A DNA stretch of 64,000 nt from contig NC_045138.2 in assembly GCF_008831285.2 (NCBI RefSeq), forward strand, positions 5,890,001 through 5,954,000. The letters run 5' to 3'. The translations under genes were made by a program, and so were the position numbers. This DNA is from Nymphaea colorata (taxonomy: Eukaryota). This document shows positions 34,762 to 47,368 of the stretch, piece by piece; the first letter of the stretch is position 1; each line of letters begins with the position of its first letter. The notes below the pieces were generated by a model that saw only the letters and a list, made by a program, of their open reading frames with translations, was not told the origin of the DNA and did not search any database.

Positions 34762-37700
34762 TGTTCGCACCCCACTCCTTTTTCAAGAAGGTCGAAATGC
34801 GAGTCAGCAAAATTCTTTTAAAATTGGGGTTTTGAGAAAATTTTCAAGAGAAAGGGATCCGCTCGTCGGTACGAGGTCCAACCGTTCCTGCCGCCTTTAA
34901 CAGGGGTAATTAGACCAAGGACTAAGGATCATTTGGATCATATACGAGTTATTGATGTAAGTCCTATATGCTTATGCATTGAGGTTTTGGATTCAAGAAC
35001 CGAAATTCATTTTTTTGAATAAATGAATTTGAATATTGGGGGTTTTCAAGTTGGTTTAAAAACCTTTGTTTTGGTGTTATTTGAAACACATAATTCTTGA
35101 GGATTTTTGAAGATTTGGAATTGAGTTCTTTGTTGTGAACTCTAGATGATGATGATCATCTTATGATAAAAATTGATTTTGAACTCTTTTTTTGTCAAAT
35201 CATGTGATTTGTAGAATTCATTCTTTTGAAAGAACATAGGTTCCAAATTGTTAGAAAACATGTTGTTTTTCAAATGCACTTTGGCCAAAAGATTATGAAT
35301 GCATTGCTTGTGTTTTCTTTTGAAGTTAAGTGAAGTTTACAAATTCTCATTGCAATATGACTTGGTCACTTTTTGCAACTTAAATTTGAATCACTTAATT
35401 TCTTGAGAATGTGCATGTGGTGCCATTGATTTTGAGTGAAAGTGAATGCATGAAACGAGAATGGAAACTATATGGAACATTCATTCTTCTCTCTCTCATA
35501 ATCCATCAAGATTCATTCATATGAAACATACATTCTTCACTCCCTCATAATCTCTCAAAGTCCGTATTGCACGTCATACAATCTATACATGAAGATTGAT
35601 TAAAATGTAGGACTTTCTCTATATGTGCTCATTATATGATTAAGCACATGAATTAGAGATGTAATCCATAAGCTTGAGGCTTGACATAAAATTATCAAAA
35701 TGATGAAAATATATAAATGATGTCAAGTTCAATCTTTGAAATTGATGGGAGACATGGATGACGTCCACTTTTGTCTCAAAATAGCTAAAAATCAGACCTT
35801 GTGTTGATTTAAATAGCTGAAAATTGTGGACATTGATTCCAATAAGGACTTGTTTCTTAGATAGAAACAATGAGTTTTTCAAATCTATTCAAATTTCAGA
35901 TTTCGTAGTAATGAAATCATCAACTCCTTTGGATGATTCTAGGATGGTTGGTATTTCAAATATGTAAATTTTGATATTCTTAAACCAATTTCTATGAAAC
36001 ATGGTCTGATTTCAACAACATACATACATCTTACGTATGGGTTTGCTGAAATTAAGTAAAAATGAAATGAAAATAATTTATAATCTTGCACTAGAAAAAT
36101 CAATAAAAATGGCCTATTTCCTTAAAGACCGGTTTGGAAACATGTTCCAACCTGATTTTAAGGGAGGAATGTAATTTTTGACAAGAAATCAGATACATAT
36201 ATGTACATATATAACAATGTATACATATACGTACCTTACTTTTCAAAATGAAATTTTATCAAGGGACCGCTTGACTCATGAATCATGATGATTCATGGCT
36301 GGGTTCTTTTATGTAGGAAGATTGAGAACTTGTTTTAAATCTTCCCTACTACCCTTGATTAATTAAATTGAAAGACATGAATCAAAATGACTGTGAATAA
36401 GAAAGAAAATAAAACAATACTCAAGCTTATTCGTCAATCATTTCGCCATGCAAGGATGGATCACATTCATAAAAACGTATCCATCCCTTATAGGCATTTT
36501 CATCATACGTGATGTAGCAAAATCACTCTCTCACCGTGGGATTCTCTCATGGTAGGGAGTTCAAAATGGTATTAAGTTGGTTCCTTTGAAAGGGACGTGG
36601 CCTTGGGGCCCATTTCAAAATTTGATACTTGGGTTCATATTTAAGAAAAACCGACATATGCATGCATTATGCATTAACATGTACATTGAAGCGTAGGTTT
36701 CCCTTAGCTGGACATCATTCCCAGCCATAAGCAAATGAAAATAAACCCTCCCATGAATTGCTGGAATTAAAATAAATCAACAATAAGCTAAAGTAGAAGA
36801 AAAGTGAGTTAAGATCACCTACCTTGTGGTCGGTCTTGATGTTTGTCCTTCGTCTTCACTTGTTTTCTAACCCAAGCAATCCTAAGCAAGAATCCAACCG
36901 TGGATTCAAGCTTAGCAAAGCTAGAATAAGAAATAGCTTGCTTGCTGGAATTTGGAGTGGTAAAGAGGGCTTCTCACCACGAAAATCCTAAGTAATGGTT
37001 CACTTAAGCACCCTAACTTAGCAAAATCAATGGGGAGAATAGAAAAAAGTGAAGAAGAGAATGGGAGAAAAAGGGGAAGGGGGCTTGGACGAACCTCTTC
37101 TCTCTTCCTTGGCTTCTCCCTCCTAGCTCCTTGGCTACAGCAATTTGATAGAATGCTCCAAAATTTCGTCCTCCCCCTTGGTGGCCAAGGGGAGGTTTAT
37201 ATAGAGGAGGAGGTGGGTTCAACCACCTTCTTAACTCACCTTGGGAACTTGCTTAAGACCTTGGGGACTTGTAAAATGAGTTAAATAGACTTTAAAGGCT
37301 TTAATCGACCATTTCTCAGCCCATTTCCACGAGCTAGGTGGGCTGGGCTAGGTTTGGTCAACTTGGGTTCTAATTGACCATTTCCACGAGCTAGGTTTGG
37401 TCAACTTGGGTTCAGACCTAGGTGACCATTTTGACTAAAATTTTGAACGAAAATGCCCTTGCATAGGGTTTTGCCCTTATTTTGTACTATTTATTTATTT
37501 TTTGTTTGAAATCGAGCTTATAAGGTTAAAACCTAGTTACTAAGCTCCAAATGCCATTGAATTATGATAATTAAATTTAAATTTTAATAAAATTTAAAAA
37601 TTTTATCAAATTTGGTTCGAAAAGGGTATTTTCATCCAAAACTTGATTGAAAATGGATTTCAACTGAATCAAACTTTCACTTGAGAAATTCAATTTAAAT

Positions 37701-38627
37701 TTGGTATTTGATTCATGCATTTGACAAATTCAAATGTTTATTTGTCTTTCATAAACCATTTTAGGCTTTTTAATCTTAAGTTGACCGCAGAAGGGCAAAA
37801 TTGTCCAAATTGATCAATTTCGACCAATTGACCAAAGTCAAAGCTCATTTGCAAGTAGTTTGACTTTATTTGAGGTAATTTGATAAATTTGGGTCAAGAA
37901 AACTCTTAATTGAGCTAAATTGTACTTTGACTGAGTTTAGTCAAAGTGGGTTTGGTTCGGTCAAAGTCTATTTTCGTCCATTAATTGGATCATGAGACAG
38001 ACTTACGTTTTGACTGTGTTGAGCCCATGGTGACCGAACCTAGCTGGAATTGGCACCACATTTGAGTGCACCCGGGTCAAACCTACTTGGATTAAGTTGG
38101 TTAGGTGAGTTTGACAAGTCTAGTAATTGCTTCCTTGAAAATGATTTTTTTCTTTCTAGGAGGACCTGGTTAAAGAAGAGAGAGAGACATAAATGTCTCT
38201 CTTTTCCTAGGTTTCTCCTTTATTTCTTCTTGAAAATGACTCTTCTTCAATTAATTTGAGAGAAAATATTTATTTATTATTTTTTTGACATGGAGGGGGC
38301 ATGGCCCCTGGGGGGGCTCTTGACCACACGAGCTAGGTGGGGCCCACACGTGGGTCCCACGTAGCATTTTAGACTGAATTAGATCCAATTTTTGGATCTA
38401 AGTCAAAATTTGCATTTTGCAATTGGATTTGGATTTCAAATGACATTTGCAATTGAATTTGGACTCGTAATCCTGCATTGGGATTCGTGTATCGGGTTAA
38501 ATTCACGATTTGAATCTAATTGTTCTTTAGATTCGAAATTGGCTTTGAAATTGCAAATTTTCACAATTCTTTTGTGAAATTTTCACATTGCTTCAATTTT
38601 GATGTGGAAAAATTTGGGGTGTTAACA
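34762..38627 (-). repeat. 3' LTR (3866 bp)
   Basis: Direct repeat of 55651-59513; element-strand termini TGTTAACACCCC...GGGGTGCGAACA form an imperfect inverted repeat. Confidence 0.97.
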
Positions 38628-38640
38628 GATGCCCCTCTTT
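38628..38640 (-). promoter_or_regulatory. Polypurine tract
   Basis: AAAGAGGGGCATC on the minus strand immediately before the 3' LTR. Confidence 0.85.
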
Positions 38641-39687
38641 GTTGTTAAGCAAATTGAATAATTTGCTTAATAGCAAAGATTCACGCACCAAATTTTTGCA
38701 AATCGTTTGGAAAATCCATTTTTCAAATGATGTTGAACCATCCTCGCTCGAGGGGAAATGCTAGGCATAGACCTGAAATAAGAAGATTTTTCTCCATCTC
38801 ATTGGAGACTTTGTAGAGGAATTAATGTTGGTTGAAAAATTTTGTAATTGTGAAAGTTTTTGCATTTGATGCTTTGAGAAATTTGCCCTCGATGCCTTCT
38901 AAACCGTTGGCAAGTGCTTTTTCTCTTCTTTTACTTAGTTTTTCACATACTCGCTTTTGCTTTTGAATTTTGATTTTCTTTTTGAGCCACCCTTCACTCT
39001 TGGGAGAAATTCCTCACCACCCCAAAAGCTACTACGGAGTTCCACCGCTTTGGCGGTTTTGTGTAGTTTGCTTTGTGTAATATCAAGTCTATCGGGCTTT
39101 CTTCTGAACCCTTGTAACAAGCTTTGGGCCGGTAACTCCTAGACCAGTTGGCCTCAGGGTACCAAATGTAAAACACTCCCCGGGCTTACTTGCTCGAATT
39201 CAGAAGGCTTTAGGAGACTTAATATAAGCAAAATGTTCATGGATTGCTTTTTAGCTTCACGGCGTAAGCATAGGTCATATGCCCACCCGCGCCTGCTGAG
39301 CTTTGAACCAGAGGAACAACTACACTCACCCCGAGCTCATTGCTCAACTCATTTCGCTTGATAGCTTTTTCTAGCATCTTGCCAAGGTCTTTTAGGTGAC
39401 AAGATTTTTTCTTATGGCATCTCATGCTAGACCTTTACAAATGCCGATTGTCGGGACCAACATTAATTACTATACATTAGTCCCTCAATGTCTGTGAAAT
39501 TTCTTGCCTATTTCAAGACGATGCCCTTGCAATTGTCCTCAAGACATGGGTTGAGTTTGAAACTTTTGATGCATTTTTGAAACTTTTCCCTAAGGGATAC
39601 CATGCCCCTTAGTTGGTTTGAAAATTGTTACAAACGTGCTTATCAAAGCACAACTATTTTGAATTTTTTTTTTTTTGAATTGCAAAT

Positions 39688-42600
39688 TCAAGTATAGAAT
39701 TTTTTGAGATGCAAAGCATTAATTGGATCGGGGATTTCAGCCCCATCGGCATCAATCAGTCGATAAGAATTGTGTGGTAGAACCTCTTTGACAACATATG
39801 GTCCTTCCCAGTTCGGCGCCCATTTTCCTTTGGGTCTACTCCTGAGTGGAACTATGGATCTTAAAACAAGATCATTTACCTGAAATTTTCTTTCAATGAC
39901 TGATTTGGCATAATGTCGGGCGACTCTCTTACGATAGACTTCGGCATGCTCTGCCGCTTGTAGTCTTTTCTCGTCTAAGAGGTCTAATTGAGCAAGTCTC
40001 TTTTTTTGATATTTGCTAATTGGGAGTTCAATGAGAGCAGCAAATTTCATTGCTGGTTTTTGGACATGTAATGGAAGGACAATTTCCGTTCCATATACTA
40101 ATTCTGCTGGTGTAGCATTGGTGGGTGTCCGAATTGTGGTTCGATACGCCCAAAGTGCATTGTGCATTTTCTCGTGCCAATCTCGGCCTGTTTCAACTGT
40201 CCTCTCTAAGACACGAATCAAAATCTTGTTGGTTGCTTCTGCCTGACCATTACCTTGAGGGTAATATGGGGCAGAAAAGTGATGTTGTATTGTGTGTTTG
40301 TGACAAAGATTGCGCATTTTCTCATTTTTGAAATGAGTACCGTTATCAGAAACGATATCATGCGGGATGCCAAATCTACACAAAAGATTTTTATGAATGA
40401 AGGACACTACGTGTTGTCCTTCGACTGTTTTTAAAGTAATCGCTTCCACCCATTTGGTGAAGTAATCTGTAGCTGCAAGAAAATGCCTGTGTCCATTTGA
40501 GGCAGGTGGATTGATTGGACCGACTACGTCGAAGGCTCACATGGAGAATGGCCATGGTGAGCTGACCGAATGAAGGTACGCTGCTGGAGCATGAATTGAT
40601 GGTGCATGCAACTGACATTTGATGCATTTCTTGACAAATTGGTGACAGTCTCTTTGCATTGTGGGCCAATAGTACCCTGCTCTGACTATCTGCTTGACGA
40701 GGGTTTGATACCCTACATGTCCCCCACAAATTCCTTCATGGGCTTCTTGAATGACTTCTAGTGCCTCATTTGCATAGAGACATCTAGCATATTCTGTGCT
40801 GAATCCTCTTCTGTATAGGATGTCGGCTAGAATGAAATATCTTGAAGACATGTGTCTCAAAACTCTTTGCTCTTTTCGAGACATTTCTGGTGGAAGTGTT
40901 CCAGTTTGGAGAAAATCCTTGATGTTCTGATACCATGGTGTTTCTCTACTTTCTGCTTGCAACACCTGTTCTGGTATGACAAAAGATGGTTGTTCGAGTC
41001 TTCCAACTTCAAAAGATCTGATAGATTCTCCAGGTTTGAAGGCAATGGTAGAGCCTAAACTGGCTAAATCGTCTGCTATTGGGTTAAATTCTCTTTTGAC
41101 ATGTAAGAGTTGACATTCATCGAACTGTCTTAAGAGGGAAGCTGCTAACTCTTGATATGGGATCAATTTTTGATCTTTGACTTGCCAATCTCCATTGACC
41201 TGACTGACAGCTAAGAGAGAATCTCCAAAAATGCGAACTCTCTGCACTTTAAATTTGAGCAACATTTTGAGTCCTTGGATTAGGGCCTCGTACTCTGCCA
41301 TATTATGCGTGCAGGAAAAATTCAATTTGAGAGAGTAAGGAATCATTTCCCTTTCTGGTGTAATGAAAAGTATCCCAATGCCTGCCCCAGCTGTGCTCTT
41401 AGATCCATCAAAGTACATCTCCCAAATCGGCTCTGGTTCAGTTGTCAGGATTTGCTCATATGGAAAATCATCATTTGTTCTAATTTCTTCATATAGAGGA
41501 AAATCTGCCAATTGGTCTGCAATGGCTTGCCCCTTGATTGATTTTTGTGACACATATTCCAAATCATATTGCATCAGCAAAACCTGCCACTTTGCTATCC
41601 TTCCATTCAGAAATGGCTGTTCGAGGATATATTTGAGTGGATTAAGTTTGGATAAAATTTTAACTTCACAAGCCAATAGATAATGCCTTAATTTTTGACA
41701 CATCCACACCAAGGCTAAGCAAGTTTTTTCCATGTGCGAGTAGTTCTTTTCATACTGCACAAATGTCTTACTGATGTAATAAATGGCATGTTCTATTCGG
41801 CATCCTTCTTCATATTGAGCCAGAAATCCACCACAGGCTGAATCGTTAACTGTGATGTAAAGGAGTAGAGGTTCCCCTAAAATTGGAGGTTTTAAAATTG
41901 GTGGGCAAAGAAGATACTTCTTGATCTTTTCGAATGAGGCTTGACATTCATGCCCCCATTCAAATTTGACTCCTTTCCGCAGTAAATGGTTGAAGGGTTC
42001 GCATCTCATGGCGAGATTAGATATAAACCTTCTGATTGACTGAATTCTGCCTTACAAGCTGCGTAGCTCCTTAAGATTTGTTGGGGGTGACATTTCGATG
42101 ATCGCCTTTGCTTTGGAAGGATCCATCTCGATTCCCTTTTGGCTGACCATAAATCCCAAAAGCTTACCGGATTCCACACCAAATACACATTTTTGTGGAT
42201 TCAATCTAAGTTTGTATTGTAAGAGTCTATCAAAAACTTGAGAGAGAATGTTGATGTGATTCTCCCTTGTTTTTGACTTAATTAGTAGATCATCTACATA
42301 TGCATCCATGATTTGATGCATTTGGTCATGAAAAATAGCTGCCATAGCCCTTTGATATGTTGCCCCAGCGTTCTTCAAACCAAATGGCATTACTGTATAG
42401 CAGAAGGTACCCCATGGGGTTGTAAATGATGTTTTGGCTTGATCTTGAGCTGCCAACTTAATTTGGTTATAACCAGAATATCCATCCATAAAGGAGAACA
42501 TAGCGTGACCTGCGGTACTGTCTACCAACAAGTCAATGTTTGGAAGTGGGTAGTCATCCTTTGGTGTAGCCTTATTCAAATCTCTGAAATCATGCAGAGC

Positions 42601-43080
42601 TGAATTTTGCCATTTTTCTTTGGGACTACCACAATGTTTGCTAACCATTCAGGATAGTCGATTGTTCGGATGAACCCTGCCTTTAGTAGGTCTTCCAGGC
42701 CTTCCTTAACTTGCCCCTCAAGACGAGGGTCTAGTTTCCTCAACTTTTGTTTGATTGGCTTGCATTCTGGTTTCAATGGTAGTCGATGCTCGACTAATTT
42801 TGTATCAAGTCCTGGCATGTCCTCATAAGTCCACGCAAAGGCTTCTTGATGCTTTTGAGGAAGTCTATCAGCTCTTTTCTTTCTTCTGCTGAGAGACTTG
42901 TTCCAATTGCAAAATCTTTGGACTCTCTTCCGTGCCAATGTTAATTTCCTCAATCGGATCATTAATCAGAGGTGACGGTTGATCTTGCTTTCTCATTTGG
43001 ATGAACTCTGGACATTCGGCCTCAGTGAGTTCTGGATTTATCTCCTTAAAAGCTTTTGATGTTTGATCCTCAAATGCCAT
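39688..43080 (-). CDS. pol: Pol (RT, RNase H, archaeal-type RNase H, integrase), copy 1; broken by single-base indels that are probably sequencing errors
   Basis: MAFEDQ start; FAWTYEDMPGLD; DFRDLNKATPKDDYPLP; YTVMPFGLKNAGATYQR; YVDDLL; second RNase H WEMYFDGS..HNMAEYEAL; integrase HEGICGGH..CIKC, SDNG, PQGNGQAE; GKWAPNWEGPY; stop at 39688-39690. Confidence 0.9.
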
Positions 43081-43238
43081 CCTAAAGATTGTAAAGAAGT
43101 TAGATGAAATTTGAGACATTGTATATGGAAGTAATTTGCATTTGTCATTGTATTTTTGAAGGTATTACAAAATGAAGACACTTGGTCTATTTGAGTACAA
43201 TGACGACAAAATGACAAAATGATGACGGATTTGTTGAT

Positions 43239-45804
43239 TCAAATTGATGGTGAACATCCGCCTATGGTATTGCTCTTGACGAAAGGTACTGGCTTGAATT
43301 CTTCCTCAACATCCACTTTTTCATAGCTTTGGCACCCCAAGGCTTGAGTGCCTCGTTGTCCTGTCAAGGTAACTGGTTCCAAGATTCCATTTTCATGTTT
43401 GCCAAGGCAGTAAATGGCTGGTAGCCATGGCGTATGAGTAAATCCAATCCTTTCTCATTCTGGCAGAATTTCTTGAACAACGGATGACTTTTGTAACTTG
43501 TTTCAAGTTTGGTACCCCTTTTCACCCATACCTGTTTCTTTGGTTTCTGAATGGCCAACCTGCTAAGACTTTGAGATATTTCTTCCTCTTTGCAGACTCG
43601 AATACTGGGTACCTCAATTGTATATGTTGGTACCGGAATCATTGGGTGTACAAGCCGACTTTCCCTATCCTCTGCATAGATGGTTATAGAATTCCCGTTG
43701 TGAGTCCATTTGACACACTGATGTAGAGTGGAGGGAACTGCATTGGTAGCATGGATCCATGGCCTGCCAAGCAACAAGTTGAAGGAGGGTTCTATATCCA
43801 CCACATGAAATAAAACCCGATGATACGTCTCAGAAATATTCAAATCCAGACATATGCATCCTAGGCATGGTTGTCCTGTCCCGTCATATCCATGGATGAA
43901 AATTTTGGATGGAGTATAGTCAGCCTGTCTTATGCCCAACTCACGAGCTGTTTGTTGTGGACAGATGTTCAGGCTTGCTCCACCATCAATTAAAACGTGG
44001 GAGACTCTGGTGCCCCTTGTCTCTATCACTATGTGCAAGGCGTCATTGTGCGATGCACCTCCAGTTGGTAGATCTTTATCAGAGAATATGATCGGACTAT
44101 TTTCACATAATTCAAAAGCCCATTCATTCCCCCTGTTAGGGCTAAACCCTCCCTTCTTGACTTCAGGTAAGGGGTCCAATTCATTGAAAATGGATTCCAA
44201 TGGTTCAGGGTCGCACACTTGTGACTTCTGATCAATCTCTGTCAGATGGTCTTGTTTAACCAGTCCGGTTTGTGCATTGATGGATCCTTTATCATGTTTG
44301 AAAAGCAATCCAAAGAAATCCAGGGACGCTGTATCCCTTTTGTTTGTCACCATAATTTGACGACCTGTTGAAAATCTGACCATCGAAACTATTCCTTTGC
44401 CATGTTTAGGAAAAGATTCTTGAGAATGTCCGGCTGTTCACTGACCTCTTTGATTATTTCTTTGTCAACTGCATCTTGCACAATATTTTTAAGTACAAGG
44501 CAGTCTTCTGTATCATGTCCTGGAGCGCGATGAAATTTGCAGAATTGCTCTTTGTTTTTCCCCATCATTGGTGGGGGGTTGGAGACTTTTGGGAGAAACA
44601 GAGTACCTCTTTCGATTAGCATATGCATGACCTCTTCATAACTTTGTTGTAATGGGGTAAATTTTCTATCGTACCCCCATCCAGGATGTTTGTTTTTTGT
44701 GCCACTACTACTGCCACTAGCTCTGTCCATTACCCCTTTATTCTTGGGATATTCGGACTTTTCTTTCTTGAAGGCTGCAGCGTTGGCCACGATGTTGGCT
44801 GGAGCATTCTGACTTCTGCTATTCTTTTTTGTATCTTCCCTTACTTTTACCGGGATGACAGCATCAAAAGCTCCATTCTCAATTCCTGCTTCAATGCATT
44901 CTGCCCTCTCAGTGAGATCGATGAAAGACTTGATTGGAGCATTGGAAATGAGGCTCCTTAATGGTTGTGTCAAATTGTTTACGATCAATCCCAGTGCATG
45001 GGATTGAGAGATTGGGTCTCTCATCTTGTTGCAAGAAGACCTCCACCTCTGAATAAAATCTCTCACCTTTTCACCTGGCCTCTGTTTTAGGTAGCATAAT
45101 GTGGTGATCGTTGGTGCAGTTTCAACGTTTTGAATGAACCTTTCGATGAAAAGGTTGATTAACATGTCAAAATTTTTCAATTCCACTGGGTTGATGTGTT
45201 CCCGATACCATTGTGCTGCAATTCCTTCTAGGCTTCTAGGGAAACATCGAAAGAGGGCCCTATGATTGTGGCGGAATTTGTAGCATTCAGCAAAGAACAT
45301 GGCCAAATGTGCCTTTGGGTCTCATGGCCATCAAATTTGATAAATTTCTTGGGCAAGTTTTTTATGTGTTTGTCATTTTCGAAGCTTTCGTAGAAATCTT
45401 CGCAAGTGAAATTCCTCTTGTTCTTGCCTTTAAGTTGTACTGCATTTAACTTCTTTTCAACTTCCTGGATTTTTGTTTTCCAGGATTCTCTCTTCTTCTT
45501 TTTCTTGGGAGTTTTCGGTTCTTCCTCACTACTAGATTCTGTTGTAGCGTCTTCAGAAGAGTCTGAACTGCTTGATGAGTACTTTCTTGTTTTCTTCCCT
45601 TTCTTTTTGGCTTTTTCTGCCTGCGCTTGTTCTTCATTGAACATGATCATGTATTTCCGGAATCTTCTGTATTCCTCAAATTCTGGGTCATTTATTTCCA
45701 GCTTGGGAGGTGTTTCTGAGGAGGATCTTCTCCCCTGTCTCCTATAAAGGTTGATCAAGCTCCATTTCACTCCTTCTCCTGCTTTGGCTTCTGGTTTCAA
45801 CCAT
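43239..45804 (-). CDS. gag: Gag-protease with G-patch-like motif, copy 1; a few indels
   Basis: MVETRSQS start; retrotransposon gag core (FPRSLEGIAAQWY, LKQRPGEKVRDFIQRW); CKFHRAPGHDTEDC knuckle; protease VLIDGGASLNIC..LLLGRPWIH; GLDLLIRHGYQ..LGKHENGILEPV. In this copy the frame ends ..FKPVPFVKSNTIGGCSPSI* at 43239-43241. Confidence 0.88.
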
Positions 45805-46014
45805 AAAGCGGATGTTCACCTTGCAAGAAGAAAAATTGAAAATGTTAGGATGTGAATTGATGAGAGATGACAAATTTTGATTACATATTAAAAGAAAGAT
45901 GAGAATGACAAAACTTGACAAAGTTTAACATAACTTGACAAAACTTGACAAATTTTGGCTTAATGACAATGAACTAGACATGACAATCTAGGACAGAAGG
46001 ATGATGGGCGGACT

Positions 46015-47197
46015 TCATCCCACCATTTTACATATTCGGGACCCATTCCTGGACCAAGGACAAGATACAAGTGAGCAAATGATTCTCAACGTTGCTGGGC
46101 ATATGGTGTATATCCCGGACCACTCTTCAGTGTCTAGTTCACACTCCACAATGGCTCCTTCCGACTCAATTGGATATGCCTTCCTCTGACGCAGTGAGAA
46201 TTGCCTGAGGCAACGCTCCGGATGATATTCAATTATGAAAAACGGTCCCAATAGAAGACTTCCTCTGACTGAGTTGTAAGTGTATCTTGACTTGATGACC
46301 TCTCGATCAAAGAAGTCCCAAATGATGGTGGAGTCATCAACTTCCTCCATCTTTCTGCGGTAGTGCTCCATACTGGATAACTGACCGTCTGTGTTTTGAA
46401 AATGACATGATTGTGGCCCCACATGTTTGTAGAACCATGCTTGCAGTGCAAAGACACATCCTTCTATCGAGTCTGCATCTCCAATTGAAAATTTGGCCAA
46501 CCCTCTGTAAAGGAATGCCAAGGCTGCCATTGCTATGGAAATGTGACGGACTTTGACATGCCCCCATTTTCTGAAGAGGCGAGCTATGCGGAAATCCATT
46601 ATGTGTTCTTCATTATTGAAGAAGATAAGACCCACGGTACAAGTCACCATGGAGTTTTTGTACTTGTCTGCAACAGTTCTAGATAGTGACGCAGGGTTGA
46701 CAAATTGGGAGTATGTTTCACCAAGCTCTTGTAGTTGAAGATATTGATGTCCATCTTTCTCTAGAAAATGCCAACTCCTTTTCCCTGTGAGTTTACGAAT
46801 CACTTCTAGAGTTTTGACTTGACCTTGGTTTACAAGGAACTGGTCTTCAATTGGACCTCTTGGGTCACCTTTTGGTTCTGACAAACCCATAATGTTGGAG
46901 AACTCATCAAGAGTGATTGTCATTTCACCCCATGGAAACAAGAATGTGTTGGTCCTTGGGTTCCATCTTTCAGCAATTGCATGGATTAGATTGCCATTGA
47001 TAGGCTGTATGGCAAGACTGACTGCTTCTTCAAGACCACAATCCTCTAAGTGATCCGGGAACATACACCGAAAAGTTGGGTACCATGAAAGATACCACTG
47101 AGGTAGGTAGACTCCACTTGGGATGATGCGAAGTCCGGATCGGCCTTGACATGACGAATAGGATGTGGTCATATGGGAAGATACTTTCTGAGTCCAT
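46015..47197 (-). CDS. Extra ORF1 encoding a plant mobile domain (PMD, MAIN/MAIL-like) protein, copy 1 (~394 aa consensus)
   Basis: PMD signature blocks LIHAIAERWNPRTNTFLFPWGEMTITLDEFSNIMGL and AALAFLYRGL..GCVFALQAWFY. Restoring the 2 bp present in copy 2 puts the ATG at 47197 in frame. Confidence 0.88.
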
Positions 47198-47268
47198 CTA
47201 GACAAGAGAAGGTATTAGACTTTGACATGAATTGACCCAATAGAGACTCGAGAAGAGTTTTGACATTG

Positions 47269-47368
47269 NNNNNNNNNNNNNNNNNNNNNNNNNNNNNNNN
47301 NNNNNNNNNNNNNNNNNNNNNNNNNNNNNNNNNNNNNNNNNNNNNNNNNNNNNNNNNNNNNNNNNNNN
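47269..47368. other. Assembly gap (100 N)
   Basis: Run of exactly 100 n. Confidence 1.

Noticed and set aside
35640..38577. Short ORFs repeated in both LTRs
   Set aside because: Their recurrence simply reflects LTR identity; no coding signatures.
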